Notes: a model not told the origin generated them from the sequence alone. A DNA stretch of 64,000 bases from Acidobacteriota bacterium (GCA_027314025.1 DAHVCP010000050.1:5753-69752); one strand, 5' to 3'. Positions 9,486 to 19,941 are shown, counted from the stretch's first letter. Numbers and translations are program-made.

Positions 9486-10337
9486 TCAGCGCAGCCAGGC
9501 TTCCAACGCGGTGGCGGCGTCGGTGGAATCGTCGCGGTATTTGACGATCACGGGCGCGTACAGGGACAGACCCCACTCTGGCCCGCGGCCGCGGCGGACC
9601 GCGCGGCCCCCGGGCACCACGACCGCGCCGGCGGGAACGCGGAGTCCCTCGCCGGCCGCGGCGCGATGCACCTCGCCCCGCGGCAGGTCATACAGCGGCG
9701 TGGATCGCGTCAGCACGACGCCGGCCGCCAGCACCGCGCCGGCGCCGATATGGGCGCCTTCATAGATGCCGCAGTTGCCACCGACCAGAACATCATCTTC
9801 CACGATGACCGGAGCGGCGTTGACCGGCTCCAAAACGCCGCCGATTTGCGCCGCCGCGCTGAGATGCACCCGCCGGCCGATTTGGGCGCAGGAGCCGACC
9901 AGGGCGTGGGAGTCAATCATGCTGCCCGCGTCCACATAGGCGCCGATATTGATGTAACACGGCGGCATGCAGATGACGCCTGGGGCCAGGTAGGCGCCGT
10001 CGCGCACGCTGCTGCCTCCAGGAACCACACGCACGCCGTCGCCCAGACGCCAGTCCCGCAATGGCAGCGTGTCCTTATCGCAGTAGCGCAGCGGCCCGGC
10101 GGGAGGATATTCCGTGAGCTGGCCGAGCCGGAAGCCGAGCAGAATACCCTGCTTCACCCAGGCGTTGGTGCGCCACCCCTGGGCGGCGGGCTCGGCGGCG
10201 CGGACCTCCCCGGCATTGAGCGCGGCGCGCAGTGCGGCGAAGGCGGCTAGCGCTTCGGCGCGCTGCGCGCCCAGGTCGGGGATGGCGGCGAGCCGCTCCA
10301 CGGCGGCGGCCAGGGCGGCGGTGTCGGCCGGACTCAT
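9486..10337 (-). CDS. dapD: 2,3,4,5-tetrahydropyridine-2,6-dicarboxylate N-succinyltransferase
   Basis: Matches E. coli DapD blocks: WVKQGILLGFR, YINIGAYVD.G.M.D, LVGSCAQIG..VHLS, IGGVLEP. ATGA overlap with the dapA stop. Confidence 0.9.
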   Translation of the reverse strand: MSPADTAALAAAVERLAAIPDLGAQRAEALAAFAALRAALNAGEVRAAEPAAQGWRTNAWVKQGILLGFRLGQLTEYPPAGPLRYCDKDTLPLRDWRLGDGVRVVPGGSSVRDGAYLAPGVICMPPCYINIGAYVDAGSMIDSHALVGSCAQIGRRVHLSAAAQIGGVLEPVNAAPVIVEDDVLVGGNCGIYEGAHIGAGAVLAAGVVLTRSTPLYDLPRGEVHRAAAGEGLRVPAGAVVVPGGRAVRRGRGPEWGLSLYAPVIVKYRDDSTDAATALEAWLR

Positions 10338-11266
10338 GCGCGCGAGCCGCTGGCCCGCGGAGCATCCTCGCGGAGCAGGCCGAGCGCGTCAAGAATGCGG
10401 AAGAATTGCTCCCGGCGCGGGTTCTGCATGGGGGTCAGCGGCAGGCGGTAGACCTCCCGGCAATAGCCCATCGCCGCCAGCGCGGCCTTCACGGGGATGG
10501 GATTGGATTCCAGGAAATTGCCCTCCAGCAAGGGCAGGAGATGAAAATGCAGGCGCCGGGCGGAGGCGAAGTCGCCGCTGCGGGCCAAACGCATCAGCTC
10601 GGTCATCTCCGCCGGCATCTCATTGCTGGCGACGCTGATCACGCCGCGGCCGCCCAGCGCGACCACGGCCAGCGCCAGGGCGTCATCGCCGGACAGCACG
10701 GTGAAGCTGGGGGGCACGGCGGCCAGCACCGCCATGATTTGGTTCAGGTTGCCGGAGGCTTCCTTGACGCCGGCGATATTGGCGACCTGGGCCAGGCGGG
10801 CGACCGTTGCGGGCTCAATGTTGCTGGCGGTGCGGCCAGGCACGTTGTACAGCACCAGCGGGATCTGGATGGCGGCGGCGATGGCGGCGAAGTGCTGGTA
10901 CAGGCCCTCCTGGCTGGGCTTGTTGTAATACGGGGCGGCGGAAAGGATGCCGTCCACGCCCAGCGCCGCAACGTCGCGCGCTAGGGCGACGGTGGCGCGG
11001 GTGTTGTTGCCGCCGGCGCCGGCCAGCACGGGCACCTGGCGCTCGCCGCGCCGCGCTTCCTCGACGGCAATGGCCACCACGCGCAGGTGTTCCTCGCGGC
11101 TGAGGGTCGCGGTTTCTCCCGTGGTGCCGCCGGGAACCAGAAAGTCCACGCCTTCCGCGATTTGCCAGCGCAGAAACCGCCGCAGCGCGGATTCATCCAC
11201 CGCGCCGTCGGCGGTGAAGGGGGTAATCAAGGCGGTGCCGCAGCCCGTGAACGGAAATGCCATCAT
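10334..11266 (-). CDS. dapA: 4-hydroxy-tetrahydrodipicolinate synthase
   Basis: GCGTALITPF.., GTTGE..TLS.EEH, YNKP, LYNVPGRT. Start MMAFPF with a GAGGAC RBS. ATGA overlap with the dapB stop. Confidence 0.9.
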   Translation of the reverse strand: MMAFPFTGCGTALITPFTADGAVDESALRRFLRWQIAEGVDFLVPGGTTGETATLSREEHLRVVAIAVEEARRGERQVPVLAGAGGNNTRATVALARDVAALGVDGILSAAPYYNKPSQEGLYQHFAAIAAAIQIPLVLYNVPGRTASNIEPATVARLAQVANIAGVKEASGNLNQIMAVLAAVPPSFTVLSGDDALALAVVALGGRGVISVASNEMPAEMTELMRLARSGDFASARRLHFHLLPLLEGNFLESNPIPVKAALAAMGYCREVYRLPLTPMQNPRREQFFRILDALGLLREDAPRASGSRA

Positions 11267-11952
11267 TGTCCTCCCGCGGCCATGCGGCCCAGTTCCGGGG
11301 CGATGGCGTCGAATGCATGCAACCCCCGCCGGCCCAGGATCCACCGCGCCGCCAGCAGCGCCCCTTCGGCGAAGCCGCGGCGGGAACGGGCGGTATGGGT
11401 CAGGGTAATCGTGTCGGCGGCGGCGTCGAAACCGACGGTATGGGTGCCGGGAATGGTCCCGGCGCGCACGCTGCTGGCGGGCACGTTGGGCCGGCCCGCC
11501 GCCGCCAAAATCGCTTGCAGCCGCTTCGCCGTGCCGGATGGCGCGTCCTGTTTGTGGCGGTGATGGGCCTCGGTGATGAAGGCGTCATAGCTGCCGGGCA
11601 CGGCTTCCGCCGCCGCCGCCACGGTGCGGAAAAACGCCTGCATTCCGAGGGAAAAATTGGCGCCATGGACCGCGCCCACCGGCGCTTCCGCCACCAGGCG
11701 CTCCGCCGCGGGCAACTGCTCCAGCCAGCCGGTGACGCCAATGATCATGGGAATGCCGCCCGCCATGGCCCGCTCCAAGTTGCCCATCACCGCGCCGGCC
11801 ACGCTGAAGTCAATCGCCACCAAGCCCGGCGTCCAGCCGGCGCGCCAGTCGGCCGCGCCGCGCACGATGTGCGCCACGCGGTGGCCCTGCTCCCGCGCCA
11901 CCTCCTCGACACAGCGATTCATTCGGCCGTAGCCGATCAAGATCAAGTCCAT
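11263..11952 (-). CDS. dapB: 4-hydroxy-tetrahydrodipicolinate reductase
   Basis: DapB signature EAHHRHKQDAPSGTA. Start trimmed to MDLILIGYGRMN (ATG at 11950-11952). Confidence 0.9.
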   Translation of the reverse strand: MDLILIGYGRMNRCVEEVAREQGHRVAHIVRGAADWRAGWTPGLVAIDFSVAGAVMGNLERAMAGGIPMIIGVTGWLEQLPAAERLVAEAPVGAVHGANFSLGMQAFFRTVAAAAEAVPGSYDAFITEAHHRHKQDAPSGTAKRLQAILAAAGRPNVPASSVRAGTIPGTHTVGFDAAADTITLTHTARSRRGFAEGALLAARWILGRRGLHAFDAIAPELGRMAAGGQ

Positions 11953-12039
11953 GCGATCAACGGCGATGGCGGTAGTGTACCCTGGCGCGCGGTGATCGCG
12001 CCGCCGCCAGGCTGCAACCGCCGGGCCGCGCCTGCGGGG

Positions 12040-12140
12040 CCCCGGTCCAGCCGGGCGCGGAAGCGGCGCTCCGCGCTGCGCCAATCAGAGCGGGACGCCC
12101 CGCCAGCGGCGGGGCTGGGGCCCGCGCCCACCGATGACGA
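12040..12140 (+). repeat. Dispersed GC-rich intergenic repeat, family 1
   Basis: Contains ..AAGCGGCGCTCCGCGCTGCGCCAATCAGAGCGGGACGCCCCGCCAGCGGCGGGGCTGGGGCCCGCGCCCACCGAT. Confidence 0.8.
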
Positions 12141-12660
12141 AAGCGCCCGCTCCGCCGGGTAGTTCGGGAGTTGAGCGGCGCCGCTCCGGCGGCCACGCGC
12201 GGCGGCTAACCGTGCCGATGGCAATGAGGCCGAACGCCGGCGGCGGCGGGTGAGAGCAGCATTCCCACCAGCCGCGGCGCCGTGGCGTCGGCCAGGTGGT
12301 CGGCGGTCTTGCGCACCAGCCAGCCGGTCGCCAGCAAAGCCAGCAGCACCAGCGCCACTTCCAGCCAAATCCGCGGGCGCCGCACCCGACGAATGGACAC
12401 CACACGCTGGGGAACCCGGCGCGGGCGCCGCGCGGGAGGCGGAGACGGGATTTGCGGCAGGGTCGCCATGGGTGCTTCTATCCATGAATACGCGCCATGC
12501 GGGCCAAAGTTAGCTGTAACTTGGGTGGAAATTCGCCTGATGCATCGCCGCGGTCAACCCGCGGCGGCGGCTAGGAATGGAATCGCCCGCAAGCGCGGCG
12601 CGCCGGATGCGGCGCGGGCCGGGAGCAAATGGACGGGCGCGGTCCGCGCGCAAGGCCGGA

Positions 12661-13218
12661 TTATTGTACGTGCACGCGCAGCTGGACCGGCAGCGTGGCG
12701 GGCGGACGGCACAGTGTGTCGTTGCAGGCTTGGTATTGCAGCGTGCCGGACAGCACCTGCGCTCCGGCGCCCGCCGCGGCGCGCAGATCCACGCGCACCG
12801 GGAACGTGCCGCTGAATACCGAAAGTGGCTTTGCGGCGAACTGAAACTTCAACTCCCGCGGCTGCGGCCAGTGGATGGCGCGCACCTTGATGCCCTTGCC
12901 GTGGCCGGAGAAACGCAGCGTGGTGGCAATCAAAAAGGAGGAATTGGGGTGGTTGGAATTGATGTGATAGCCCGCGCGCACCCGGAATACGAGCACCGCC
13001 TGGCTCACGCCGCCGCGACGCAGCGCCGGCGCCTGGACGCGCCGCAGGGTGACGACCGGGGCCGGGCCGCCGGCCGGGCCGCTGGCGCGCGGCTCCGGCG
13101 CATGGGCCGCCGCCAGGGCGAAACCGCCCAGCAGCAGCATCGCCGCGCCGACGATCAAACAGCCCAGGCCCGCGGGGTTGAAACTAAAGGATTTTTTGGA
13201 TGCGATATTGCAGTTCAT
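12661..13218 (-). CDS. DsbD N-terminal (DsbDalpha)-like thiol:disulfide interchange domain protein
   Basis: Signal peptide, then a beta-rich domain ending ..SGTLQYQACNDTLCRPP, like the DsbD alpha domain Cys region. Last gene of the ccdA-tlpA operon. Confidence 0.65.
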   Translation of the reverse strand: MNCNIASKKSFSFNPAGLGCLIVGAAMLLLGGFALAAAHAPEPRASGPAGGPAPVVTLRRVQAPALRRGGVSQAVLVFRVRAGYHINSNHPNSSFLIATTLRFSGHGKGIKVRAIHWPQPRELKFQFAAKPLSVFSGTFPVRVDLRAAAGAGAQVLSGTLQYQACNDTLCRPPATLPVQLRVHVQ

Positions 13219-13816
13219 CTTGTCCTTCCAGGCCCTCGACGCGTGCGGAGATTTCGCCGTTGCGGCCAATGAAGAAAGTCGTCGGCAGGCCGAACGGCAT
13301 GCCATAACTGGTGGCCAGCGCGCCTTGGTCCATGGCCACCGGGTAGTCCATGGCGTGCGTCGCCAGGTATTTTCTGACCGGCGCCGCCTGCGAATCTTCG
13401 GAAATGCCGATGATTTGCAGCCCCTGCGCCGCGTATTTCTTTTGCAGCGTATTCCAGAAGGGAATCTCTTCCTTGCAGGGACCGCACCAGGAGGCCCAGA
13501 AATCCAGAATCACCGGATGGCCCTTGAACTGCGCCAGCGAAATGGGCTTGCCCTGGAGCGTGGTGAGGTTGAAATTCGGCGCGGTCATGCCCTGCACCGA
13601 ATCGGCGGTCATCAGCACGCCCGCCGCCGGCGCGCCGCCACTGGCCGCGGCTGCCTTGGCGGCGGCGCGGCGATGGGCGGAGATGTAGAGCAGCCCGCCG
13701 GCGACCACCACGGCGACGATGATCCAGTTGGTCAGGCGCGCCTTGCCGGTGTTGCCGCTTGCGCCAGGATCGGGAGTCGGAGTTTCGGAAGAGCCGGATT
13801 GGGGTGCATCGCTCAT
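13184..13816 (-). CDS. TlpA/ResA-family thioredoxin-like disulfide reductase, membrane anchored
   Basis: WASWCGPC active site and an N-terminal TM helix. ATGA overlap with the ccdA stop. Confidence 0.85.
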   Translation of the reverse strand: MSDAPQSGSSETPTPDPGASGNTGKARLTNWIIVAVVVAGGLLYISAHRRAAAKAAAASGGAPAAGVLMTADSVQGMTAPNFNLTTLQGKPISLAQFKGHPVILDFWASWCGPCKEEIPFWNTLQKKYAAQGLQIIGISEDSQAAPVRKYLATHAMDYPVAMDQGALATSYGMPFGLPTTFFIGRNGEISARVEGLEGQDELQYRIQKIL

Positions 13817-14634
13817 AGAACCAGCTTATTCAAGAATGGGATTTGGGCCAAGTAGCCCGATAGCAAGGTCATCTGATGCGTCAGCAGCAGTACGCCGATC
13901 AGCACCAGCAAACCCCCGGAAATGACTTCCACCGTGTGCAGATGGCGGCGGAAACCCTTATAAAACGCCGCGAATCGGTCCAATGCCAAGGCGGTCAGCA
14001 GGAAGGGCACCGCCAGGCCGAGAGAATAAACCACCAGCAAGTAGACGCCCTGGCCGGCGGTGTGTTGGCCGGCGGCCAAGATCAGGATCGTTCCCAGGAT
14101 CGGACCGATGCATGGCGTCCAGCCAAAGGCGAAGGCGAAGCCAATGGCGAACGCCCCGGCGCTGGTGGCGCCGAACTTCTGAGCCCGCAAGCGTTTGTCC
14201 GAGTACAACGCGCCGATCTTGATGACCCCCAGCAGGTGCAGGCCGAAGAGGATGACGATGATGCCGCCCACTTCGCTCAGCACCGTCTGATAGGTGCGGA
14301 GCACATGGCCCACCGAGGTGGCGGCGGCGCCCAGCCCGATGAATACGACGGAAAAGCCGAGAATGAAAAATAGCGCGTGGCGCAGCAGCGCGCTGGACTG
14401 CCACAGCCGCCGCCGCGGTGGCGCGGGGGCGGCCACCGCCACGGCCTGGCCGCCGCCCTCGGCCGGTTCGGCCGGAACCGCGGGCGGGCCCGGCGGCGGG
14501 CCGCCCAAGGGAGCTCCCGCGGCGGTGCCGGAAAGCATGGACAAGTAGCCCGGAACCAGGGGCAGCACGCACGGCGACAAGAACGAAAGCAGCCCGGCGA
14601 GGAAGGCGTAGGCGAAGGTGACGGAATGAGCCAT
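13813..14634 (-). CDS. ccdA: Cytochrome c biogenesis protein CcdA (DsbD transmembrane-domain family)
   Basis: LSFLSPCVLPLVPGYLS and ..FGWTPCIGPILG.. conserved Cys motifs. Six TM segments. Confidence 0.85.
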   Translation of the reverse strand: MAHSVTFAYAFLAGLLSFLSPCVLPLVPGYLSMLSGTAAGAPLGGPPPGPPAVPAEPAEGGGQAVAVAAPAPPRRRLWQSSALLRHALFFILGFSVVFIGLGAAATSVGHVLRTYQTVLSEVGGIIVILFGLHLLGVIKIGALYSDKRLRAQKFGATSAGAFAIGFAFAFGWTPCIGPILGTILILAAGQHTAGQGVYLLVVYSLGLAVPFLLTALALDRFAAFYKGFRRHLHTVEVISGGLLVLIGVLLLTHQMTLLSGYLAQIPFLNKLVL

Positions 14635-14747
14635 CGGTTCGGGGTAGGGATCTACGAGCGCCGGATGGGCGGTTAACCGCCCACCTCACAATGGATGTTG
14701 GCCGCCGCGCCCAGGTTACGAAACTTGCAACCCTAAGAGCCTCCTCC

Positions 14748-15932
14748 TTATAGAATGCCCTGTTCCCGCGCTACCCGCGCCAAAATGTCCAGCGCCTGCG
14801 TCAGTTCCTCGCGCGTGTGCGTGGCGGTGACGATGGTCCGCAGCCGCGCTTTGCCCTCGGGAACGGTGGGGAAGGCGATGCCGGTGGCCAGCAATCCCGC
14901 TTGAAACAGCGCCGCGGAGAAGGCCATGGCCTTGCGCCCCTCGCCCACCATGATCGGCGTGATCGGTGTCTCGCTGGCTCCAGTGTTGAAGTCGAGCTGC
15001 TGCAAGCCGGTCTTGAAAAACCGCGTGTTGTCCCACAAGCGCTCGATGCGTTCCGGTTCGTCTTCCAGCACCTGAAACGCCGCCAGGCAGGTGGCCGCCA
15101 CAGAGGGCGGGTGGGAGGTGGAAAACAAAAACGGCCGGCCGCGGTGGTACAGAAACTCGATCAGTTCCCGCCGCCCGCAAACATAACCGCCCAGTGCTCC
15201 CACGGCCTTGGACAGCGTGCCCACTTGCACGTCCACCCGGCCGTGCAAGCCAAAATGATCCACCGTGCCACGGCCGTTTTTGCCCAGCACGCCGGAGGCG
15301 TGGGCGTCGTCCACCATCATGATGGCGCCGTATTTCTCCGCCAAATCGCAGAGCTGGGGCAGCGGGGCGATATCGCCGTCCATGCTGAAAACGCCGTCGG
15401 TGATCAGCAGCTTCCGGCCCGGCTGGCCGGCGACTTCCTTCAGCCGCGCTTCCGCCGCGGCGACATCGCGGTGGGGGAAGACCTTGATGGTGGCGCGGGA
15501 GAGGCGCGCGCCGTCAATGATGCTGGCGTGGTTCAGCTCGTCGGAGATGATGAAATCCTCGCGCCCTAGGATGGCGCTGACCGTGCCGGCGTTGGCGGTG
15601 AACCCGCTCTGGAACACCACCGCGGCTTCGGTGTGCTTAAAGGCCGCGATTTTGGCCTCCAGCTCCATATGGATGGCCATGGTGCCGGAGATGGTGCGCA
15701 CCGCTCCCGAGCCCACGCCCTCGCGGTCCAGCGCCTGATGGGCCGCCTGCCGCAGGCGGGGATGGGTGGTCAGGCCGAGATAGTTGTTGGAGCTGAGATT
15801 GATGACGCGGCGGCCGTCGAAGATGGAGATGGGTTTCTGTTCGCCCTCCAACACCCGCAGGCGGAAGCGCAGGCCCTTGCTCTCCAGTGCGGCCAGCTCA
15901 TCGGCCAAATATTGCAATTGTGGACGGGACAT
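14748..15932 (-). CDS. kbl: Glycine C-acetyltransferase (2-amino-3-ketobutyrate CoA ligase)
   Basis: PLP-dependent family motifs: NNYLGL, SGFTANAG, DDAHASG, GTLSKA. Start trimmed to MSRPQLQYL (ATG 15930-15932). Confidence 0.9.
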   Translation of the reverse strand: MSRPQLQYLADELAALESKGLRFRLRVLEGEQKPISIFDGRRVINLSSNNYLGLTTHPRLRQAAHQALDREGVGSGAVRTISGTMAIHMELEAKIAAFKHTEAAVVFQSGFTANAGTVSAILGREDFIISDELNHASIIDGARLSRATIKVFPHRDVAAAEARLKEVAGQPGRKLLITDGVFSMDGDIAPLPQLCDLAEKYGAIMMVDDAHASGVLGKNGRGTVDHFGLHGRVDVQVGTLSKAVGALGGYVCGRRELIEFLYHRGRPFLFSTSHPPSVAATCLAAFQVLEDEPERIERLWDNTRFFKTGLQQLDFNTGASETPITPIMVGEGRKAMAFSAALFQAGLLATGIAFPTVPEGKARLRTIVTATHTREELTQALDILARVAREQGIL

Positions 15933-15948
15933 AATCTCGGGGCGGGCC

Positions 15949-16995
15949 TCAGGCGGGACGTTGGCCGTCGGGATATAACAGCACCTTGGCGGCGGCGCCG
16001 CTGCGCAGTTCCTCCATCGCTTGCGCAAAGCTGGCCAGCGGCAGGCGGTGCGTGAACAGCGGCTCAAGCTGAAGGCGGCCCGCGCGCAGCAGCGCCTGCA
16101 TTTGATACCAGGTTTCGAACATGCGCCGGCCATGGATGCCCTGCACCGTGAGGCCCTTCAAGATGATCTGATTGCCCAAATCCAATTCCATGGGGGTGGC
16201 GGGAATGCCCAGCAAACTGACCCGGGCGCCGGGACGCGCCAGCGCGAACGCGGTGCGGACGCCGTCGGCGTGGCCGGAAAACTCCAGGACCACGTCGGCG
16301 CCGCCGCCCTCGGTCTGGTCGGCGATTTCCTCCACCGCCCGCGCTTGCCGCGGGTCCAGCGCCACATCCGCGCCCATTTGCCGCGCCAGCGCGCGGCGGT
16401 GTTCGTTGATCTCCATGGCGAAGATCGGCCCGGCGCCCACCGCCCGCGCCACGGCGATGCCCATCAGCCCGATCGGCCCGCAGCCGACCACGGCCACGCT
16501 GCGCGCCGCGATTTCCCCGGCCAGCACGGTATGCACGGCGTTGCCCAGCGGATCGAGAATGGCGCCATATTCGGCGGGCACCGCGGGGTCCAGCTTCCAA
16601 AGATTGCTCTCCGGAATGCGGACGAATTCGGCGAAGCAGCCATCGGCATCCACGCCCAAAATGTGCAGCGACCGGCAAACGTGCGCCTGGCCGGTGCGGC
16701 ATTGCAGGCAGCGCCCGCAGGCGATGTGCATCTCGGCGCTAACGGCTTCGCCCGGCCGCGCCGACTGCACCTCCGCGCCGATTTTCTCCACCACGCCGCA
16801 GAACTCATGGCCGAAGGTCAAGGGCGGCCGCAGCCGCCGCCGCGACCAATCGTCCCACTCGTAAATGTGCAGATCGGTGCCGCAGATCGAGGCCATCCGC
16901 ACCCGCACCAACACGTCCCGCGGACCCAACTCCGGCACGGGTACGGAGCGAATTTCCGCTCCCGGCGCCGGGCTAGGTTTGACCAGGGCTTGCAT
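15949..16995 (-). CDS. tdh: L-threonine 3-dehydrogenase
   Basis: Zn-ADH fold: ICGTDLHIYEWD, GHEFCG, CGRCLQCRTG, GCGPIG. Adjacent to kbl, the classic tdh-kbl pair. Confidence 0.9.
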   Translation of the reverse strand: MQALVKPSPAPGAEIRSVPVPELGPRDVLVRVRMASICGTDLHIYEWDDWSRRRLRPPLTFGHEFCGVVEKIGAEVQSARPGEAVSAEMHIACGRCLQCRTGQAHVCRSLHILGVDADGCFAEFVRIPESNLWKLDPAVPAEYGAILDPLGNAVHTVLAGEIAARSVAVVGCGPIGLMGIAVARAVGAGPIFAMEINEHRRALARQMGADVALDPRQARAVEEIADQTEGGGADVVLEFSGHADGVRTAFALARPGARVSLLGIPATPMELDLGNQIILKGLTVQGIHGRRMFETWYQMQALLRAGRLQLEPLFTHRLPLASFAQAMEELRSGAAAKVLLYPDGQRPA

Positions 16996-17409
16996 AGGAA
17001 ATGAGCCGGTAGCAACCGACTTTTGATGCTAACAGGTTTGCCTTTCCCCGGCCCTACGCCGCCGCCCTGCCGTCCGGTTGGTGGGGCCTAACGTCCGCGC
17101 CGACGCTCGGCGGGGCGCGCCCGCGCGCGCCTCGCGCCAGGTGCGACGGCGTCAGCCCGTAACACGCCGCGCGCCGCCGCCATGCCGCGGCGTTGCGGCC
17201 GCCCCCGCTGTTTGGCGGCACGCCGCGCTACCCCGCGCAGCCGGTTGATCTACCATGGCGGAGTCAGTGGCTGGGTAGGGCGTTAGGCCGGCGGGCGAGT
17301 CCGTCTGGCTTGCGGCGCCCGGCGGACGCCGCACCAGGGCCGCCACACCAACGCCCGCCCCACCGACGCGATCACAGCAAAACGATCACACCAGGGCCAC
17401 CGCACCAAC

Positions 17410-19941
17410 ATGAGCACTTCCCGCTTGCGCTCCCTCTTCCGCTCTGGCGCCGCCGGCGCGATTTTCTGTCTTGTCTTGGCCCTGCCCGGCTGGGCGCAGT
17501 GGACCCCGGTGGGCAATATGCCGCCGGCGCGGCGCGTCGCCGATGGGGTCATTTACAGCAACGCCCAGGGGGTAGTGCGCCTGACGGTGATTCGCCCGGG
17601 CATCATTCGCGTGTGTTTTACGCCGGCGCCGGAGGTCCACCTGTCCCTGGGCCGATCCTTCGCGCTAGCGCCAAAGTCCTCCCCCGCCGCGCCCCCGGCC
17701 TTCACCTTCGCCACCGGCGTGGCCGGCGACGTACTGCAAACTTCGGCGCTCAAGGTGGTCATCACCCGTCATCCCTTCCGGTTGCGGTTTTACGATCCCA
17801 GCGGGCAGTTGATTGACGCCGACGCCGCTGATGGCATGGCGTTCGATTCCGCGGATGCCGCCGACGGCGGCGGTGCGCGCGTGCGCGTTTGGAAGCAATT
17901 GAACGCCGGCACGCATTTCTACGGCTTGGGGGAAAAGACCGGTCCGCTCGATAAGCGCGGCGAGCGCCTGGGCGGCACCGATTACGTGATGTGGAACACC
18001 GACCAGCCCGGCTATAACAACGCCACCGACCCGCTCTACGCCGACATTCCGTTTCTGCTGGTGCTGGACAAACCCGCGCACCAGCCGGCGCTGGCGCACG
18101 GCGTGTTCTTCGACAATACCTTTCGGGCCAGCTTCGATCTGGGCAAGACCAGCCGCCGCTTTTACGATTTCGGCGCGCAGGGAGGGCCGCTCAACTATTA
18201 CCTGATCGCCGGGCCCACGCCCAAGGACGTGTATCGCCGCTATGCGGCACTGACCGGCCGCATTCCCATGCCGCCGCTTTGGAGCCTGGGCTACAACCAG
18301 TGCCGCTACAGCTATTACCCCGCCAGCCGCGTACTGCATATCGCCGAGAAGTTCCGCCAATTGCACATTCCCGCCGACGTGGTGTGGATGGACATCGCCT
18401 ACATGCGCGGCTACCGCATCTTCACCTGGAGTCCCAAGGGCTTTCCCCATCCCCGCCGCCTGCTGTCCCAGCTGCACCGCATCGGCTTTCATGCCGTCAC
18501 CATCATTGACCCCGGCGTGAAGCTGGACCCGAGCGGCTATGCCACCTATACCAGCGGCGTCGCCGCCGGCGTCTTCGTCAAATATCCCAGCGGGCGGATC
18601 TATGCCGGTCCGGTCTGGCCGGGGCCGGCGGTGTTTCCGGACTTCACGCAAGCGGCGGCACGCACCTGGTGGGCGGGGCAGGTCGCCCGCTTCGCCGCCG
18701 CCGGCGTGGACGGCCTTTGGAACGACATGAACGAGCCCTCGGTCTTCAATACCGCGAGCGGCACCATGCCGGACTCAGTGATCTTCCATCACGACGGCCA
18801 GGCCATCACCGCCGCCGCGGCGCACAACGTGTTTGGGCAGCAGATGTCCCGCGCCTCGCGCCAGGGGTTGCTGCAACTGCGTCCGCAAGACCGTCCTTTC
18901 GTGCTGACCCGGGCCACCTACGCCGGCGGCCAGCGCTACGCGGCGCTGTGGACCGGGGACAACACCTCCCGCTGGAGCTATCTGCCGGACGGCATCACCA
19001 CGCTGCTGGGGATGAATCTTTCCGGTTTCCCCTTCGTCGGCAATGACATCGGCGGCTTCGCCGGCACGGCCACGCCCGACCTGTGGACGCGCTGGGTGGA
19101 AGCGGCGGCGTTCTTTCCCTTCATGCGCGGCCATTCCTCGATCGGCACGCCGCAGAAGCAGCCCTGGTCCTTCGGCACGGCTCACCTGGCGGAGAATCGC
19201 CGCGCCATTGAGCGCCGCTATCAATATTTGCCGTACATTTACGACGCCTTCCATCAGGCCGCGCAGACCGGCCTGCCCATCCTGCGCCCGCTGGTGCTCG
19301 CCTTCCCCAACGATCCCCACACCTACGGCCTGGCGAGCGAATATCTATTCGGCCGCGATCTGTTGGTCGCGCCCATCTTGCGCTCCGCCAGCACCGGCCG
19401 CGGCGTCTATTTTCCCGCGGGGACTTGGTATCGTTTGCAAAATGGCCGTGCCCCGCAGGCGTTTACCGGGCCGGCAACCAAGACCGTAAGCGCCGCTGAG
19501 GGCCAGTTACCCTTGTTCGCCCGCGACGGGGCCATTCTCTTTCGCGCGCCGGGGGGCAAATCCGCGCCCATCAACGCCGCCGCCGAGCTAAAGGCGCCGT
19601 TGACGTTCGACATCCTCGCCCAAACCGCCACCGCACGCAGGTTGTACGAAGATGACGGCGAAACCTTCGCCTATCGGCATGGCGTCTATTTCCGCCGCAC
19701 GGTTGCCTATCAGCCCGGTTCTCAGCAAACGGTGATCACGCTTTCCGCCGCCCAAGGTTCGTACCGGCCGCCGCGGCACGACAACATGATCGAGCTTCAT
19801 TGGACTCCCAAACCGGCCGGCGTGGAATTGAACGGCACGCCGCTCCCCGGGAGCGCGGTGCATTACAACCGCAAGCTCCAGCGCCTCCGGATCGCCATTC
19901 CGCAATCCGCGGCGCGGCAAACGGTCACCGTGCGTTGGTAG
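17410..19941 (+). CDS. Glycoside hydrolase family 31 (alpha-glucosidase/alpha-xylosidase type), secreted
   Basis: GVDGLWNDMNEPS catalytic nucleophile block, WTGDN, and GNDIGGF acid/base block. N-terminal signal peptide. Confidence 0.9.
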   Translation: MSTSRLRSLFRSGAAGAIFCLVLALPGWAQWTPVGNMPPARRVADGVIYSNAQGVVRLTVIRPGIIRVCFTPAPEVHLSLGRSFALAPKSSPAAPPAFTFATGVAGDVLQTSALKVVITRHPFRLRFYDPSGQLIDADAADGMAFDSADAADGGGARVRVWKQLNAGTHFYGLGEKTGPLDKRGERLGGTDYVMWNTDQPGYNNATDPLYADIPFLLVLDKPAHQPALAHGVFFDNTFRASFDLGKTSRRFYDFGAQGGPLNYYLIAGPTPKDVYRRYAALTGRIPMPPLWSLGYNQCRYSYYPASRVLHIAEKFRQLHIPADVVWMDIAYMRGYRIFTWSPKGFPHPRRLLSQLHRIGFHAVTIIDPGVKLDPSGYATYTSGVAAGVFVKYPSGRIYAGPVWPGPAVFPDFTQAAARTWWAGQVARFAAAGVDGLWNDMNEPSVFNTASGTMPDSVIFHHDGQAITAAAAHNVFGQQMSRASRQGLLQLRPQDRPFVLTRATYAGGQRYAALWTGDNTSRWSYLPDGITTLLGMNLSGFPFVGNDIGGFAGTATPDLWTRWVEAAAFFPFMRGHSSIGTPQKQPWSFGTAHLAENRRAIERRYQYLPYIYDAFHQAAQTGLPILRPLVLAFPNDPHTYGLASEYLFGRDLLVAPILRSASTGRGVYFPAGTWYRLQNGRAPQAFTGPATKTVSAAEGQLPLFARDGAILFRAPGGKSAPINAAAELKAPLTFDILAQTATARRLYEDDGETFAYRHGVYFRRTVAYQPGSQQTVITLSAAQGSYRPPRHDNMIELHWTPKPAGVELNGTPLPGSAVHYNRKLQRLRIAIPQSAARQTVTVRW

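Noticed and set aside
12206-12469. 87-aa minus-strand ORF with one hydrophobic segment between dapB and the dsbD-like operon
   Set aside because: It has no RBS, is very Arg/Pro-rich outside the single hydrophobic stretch, and competes with overlapping ORFs in other frames. The support is insufficient, though a small membrane protein cannot be excluded.
15933-16133. N-terminal extension of kbl overlapping tdh
   Set aside because: The extension overlaps the tdh coding region in another frame. Kbl homology starts at MSRPQLQYL.
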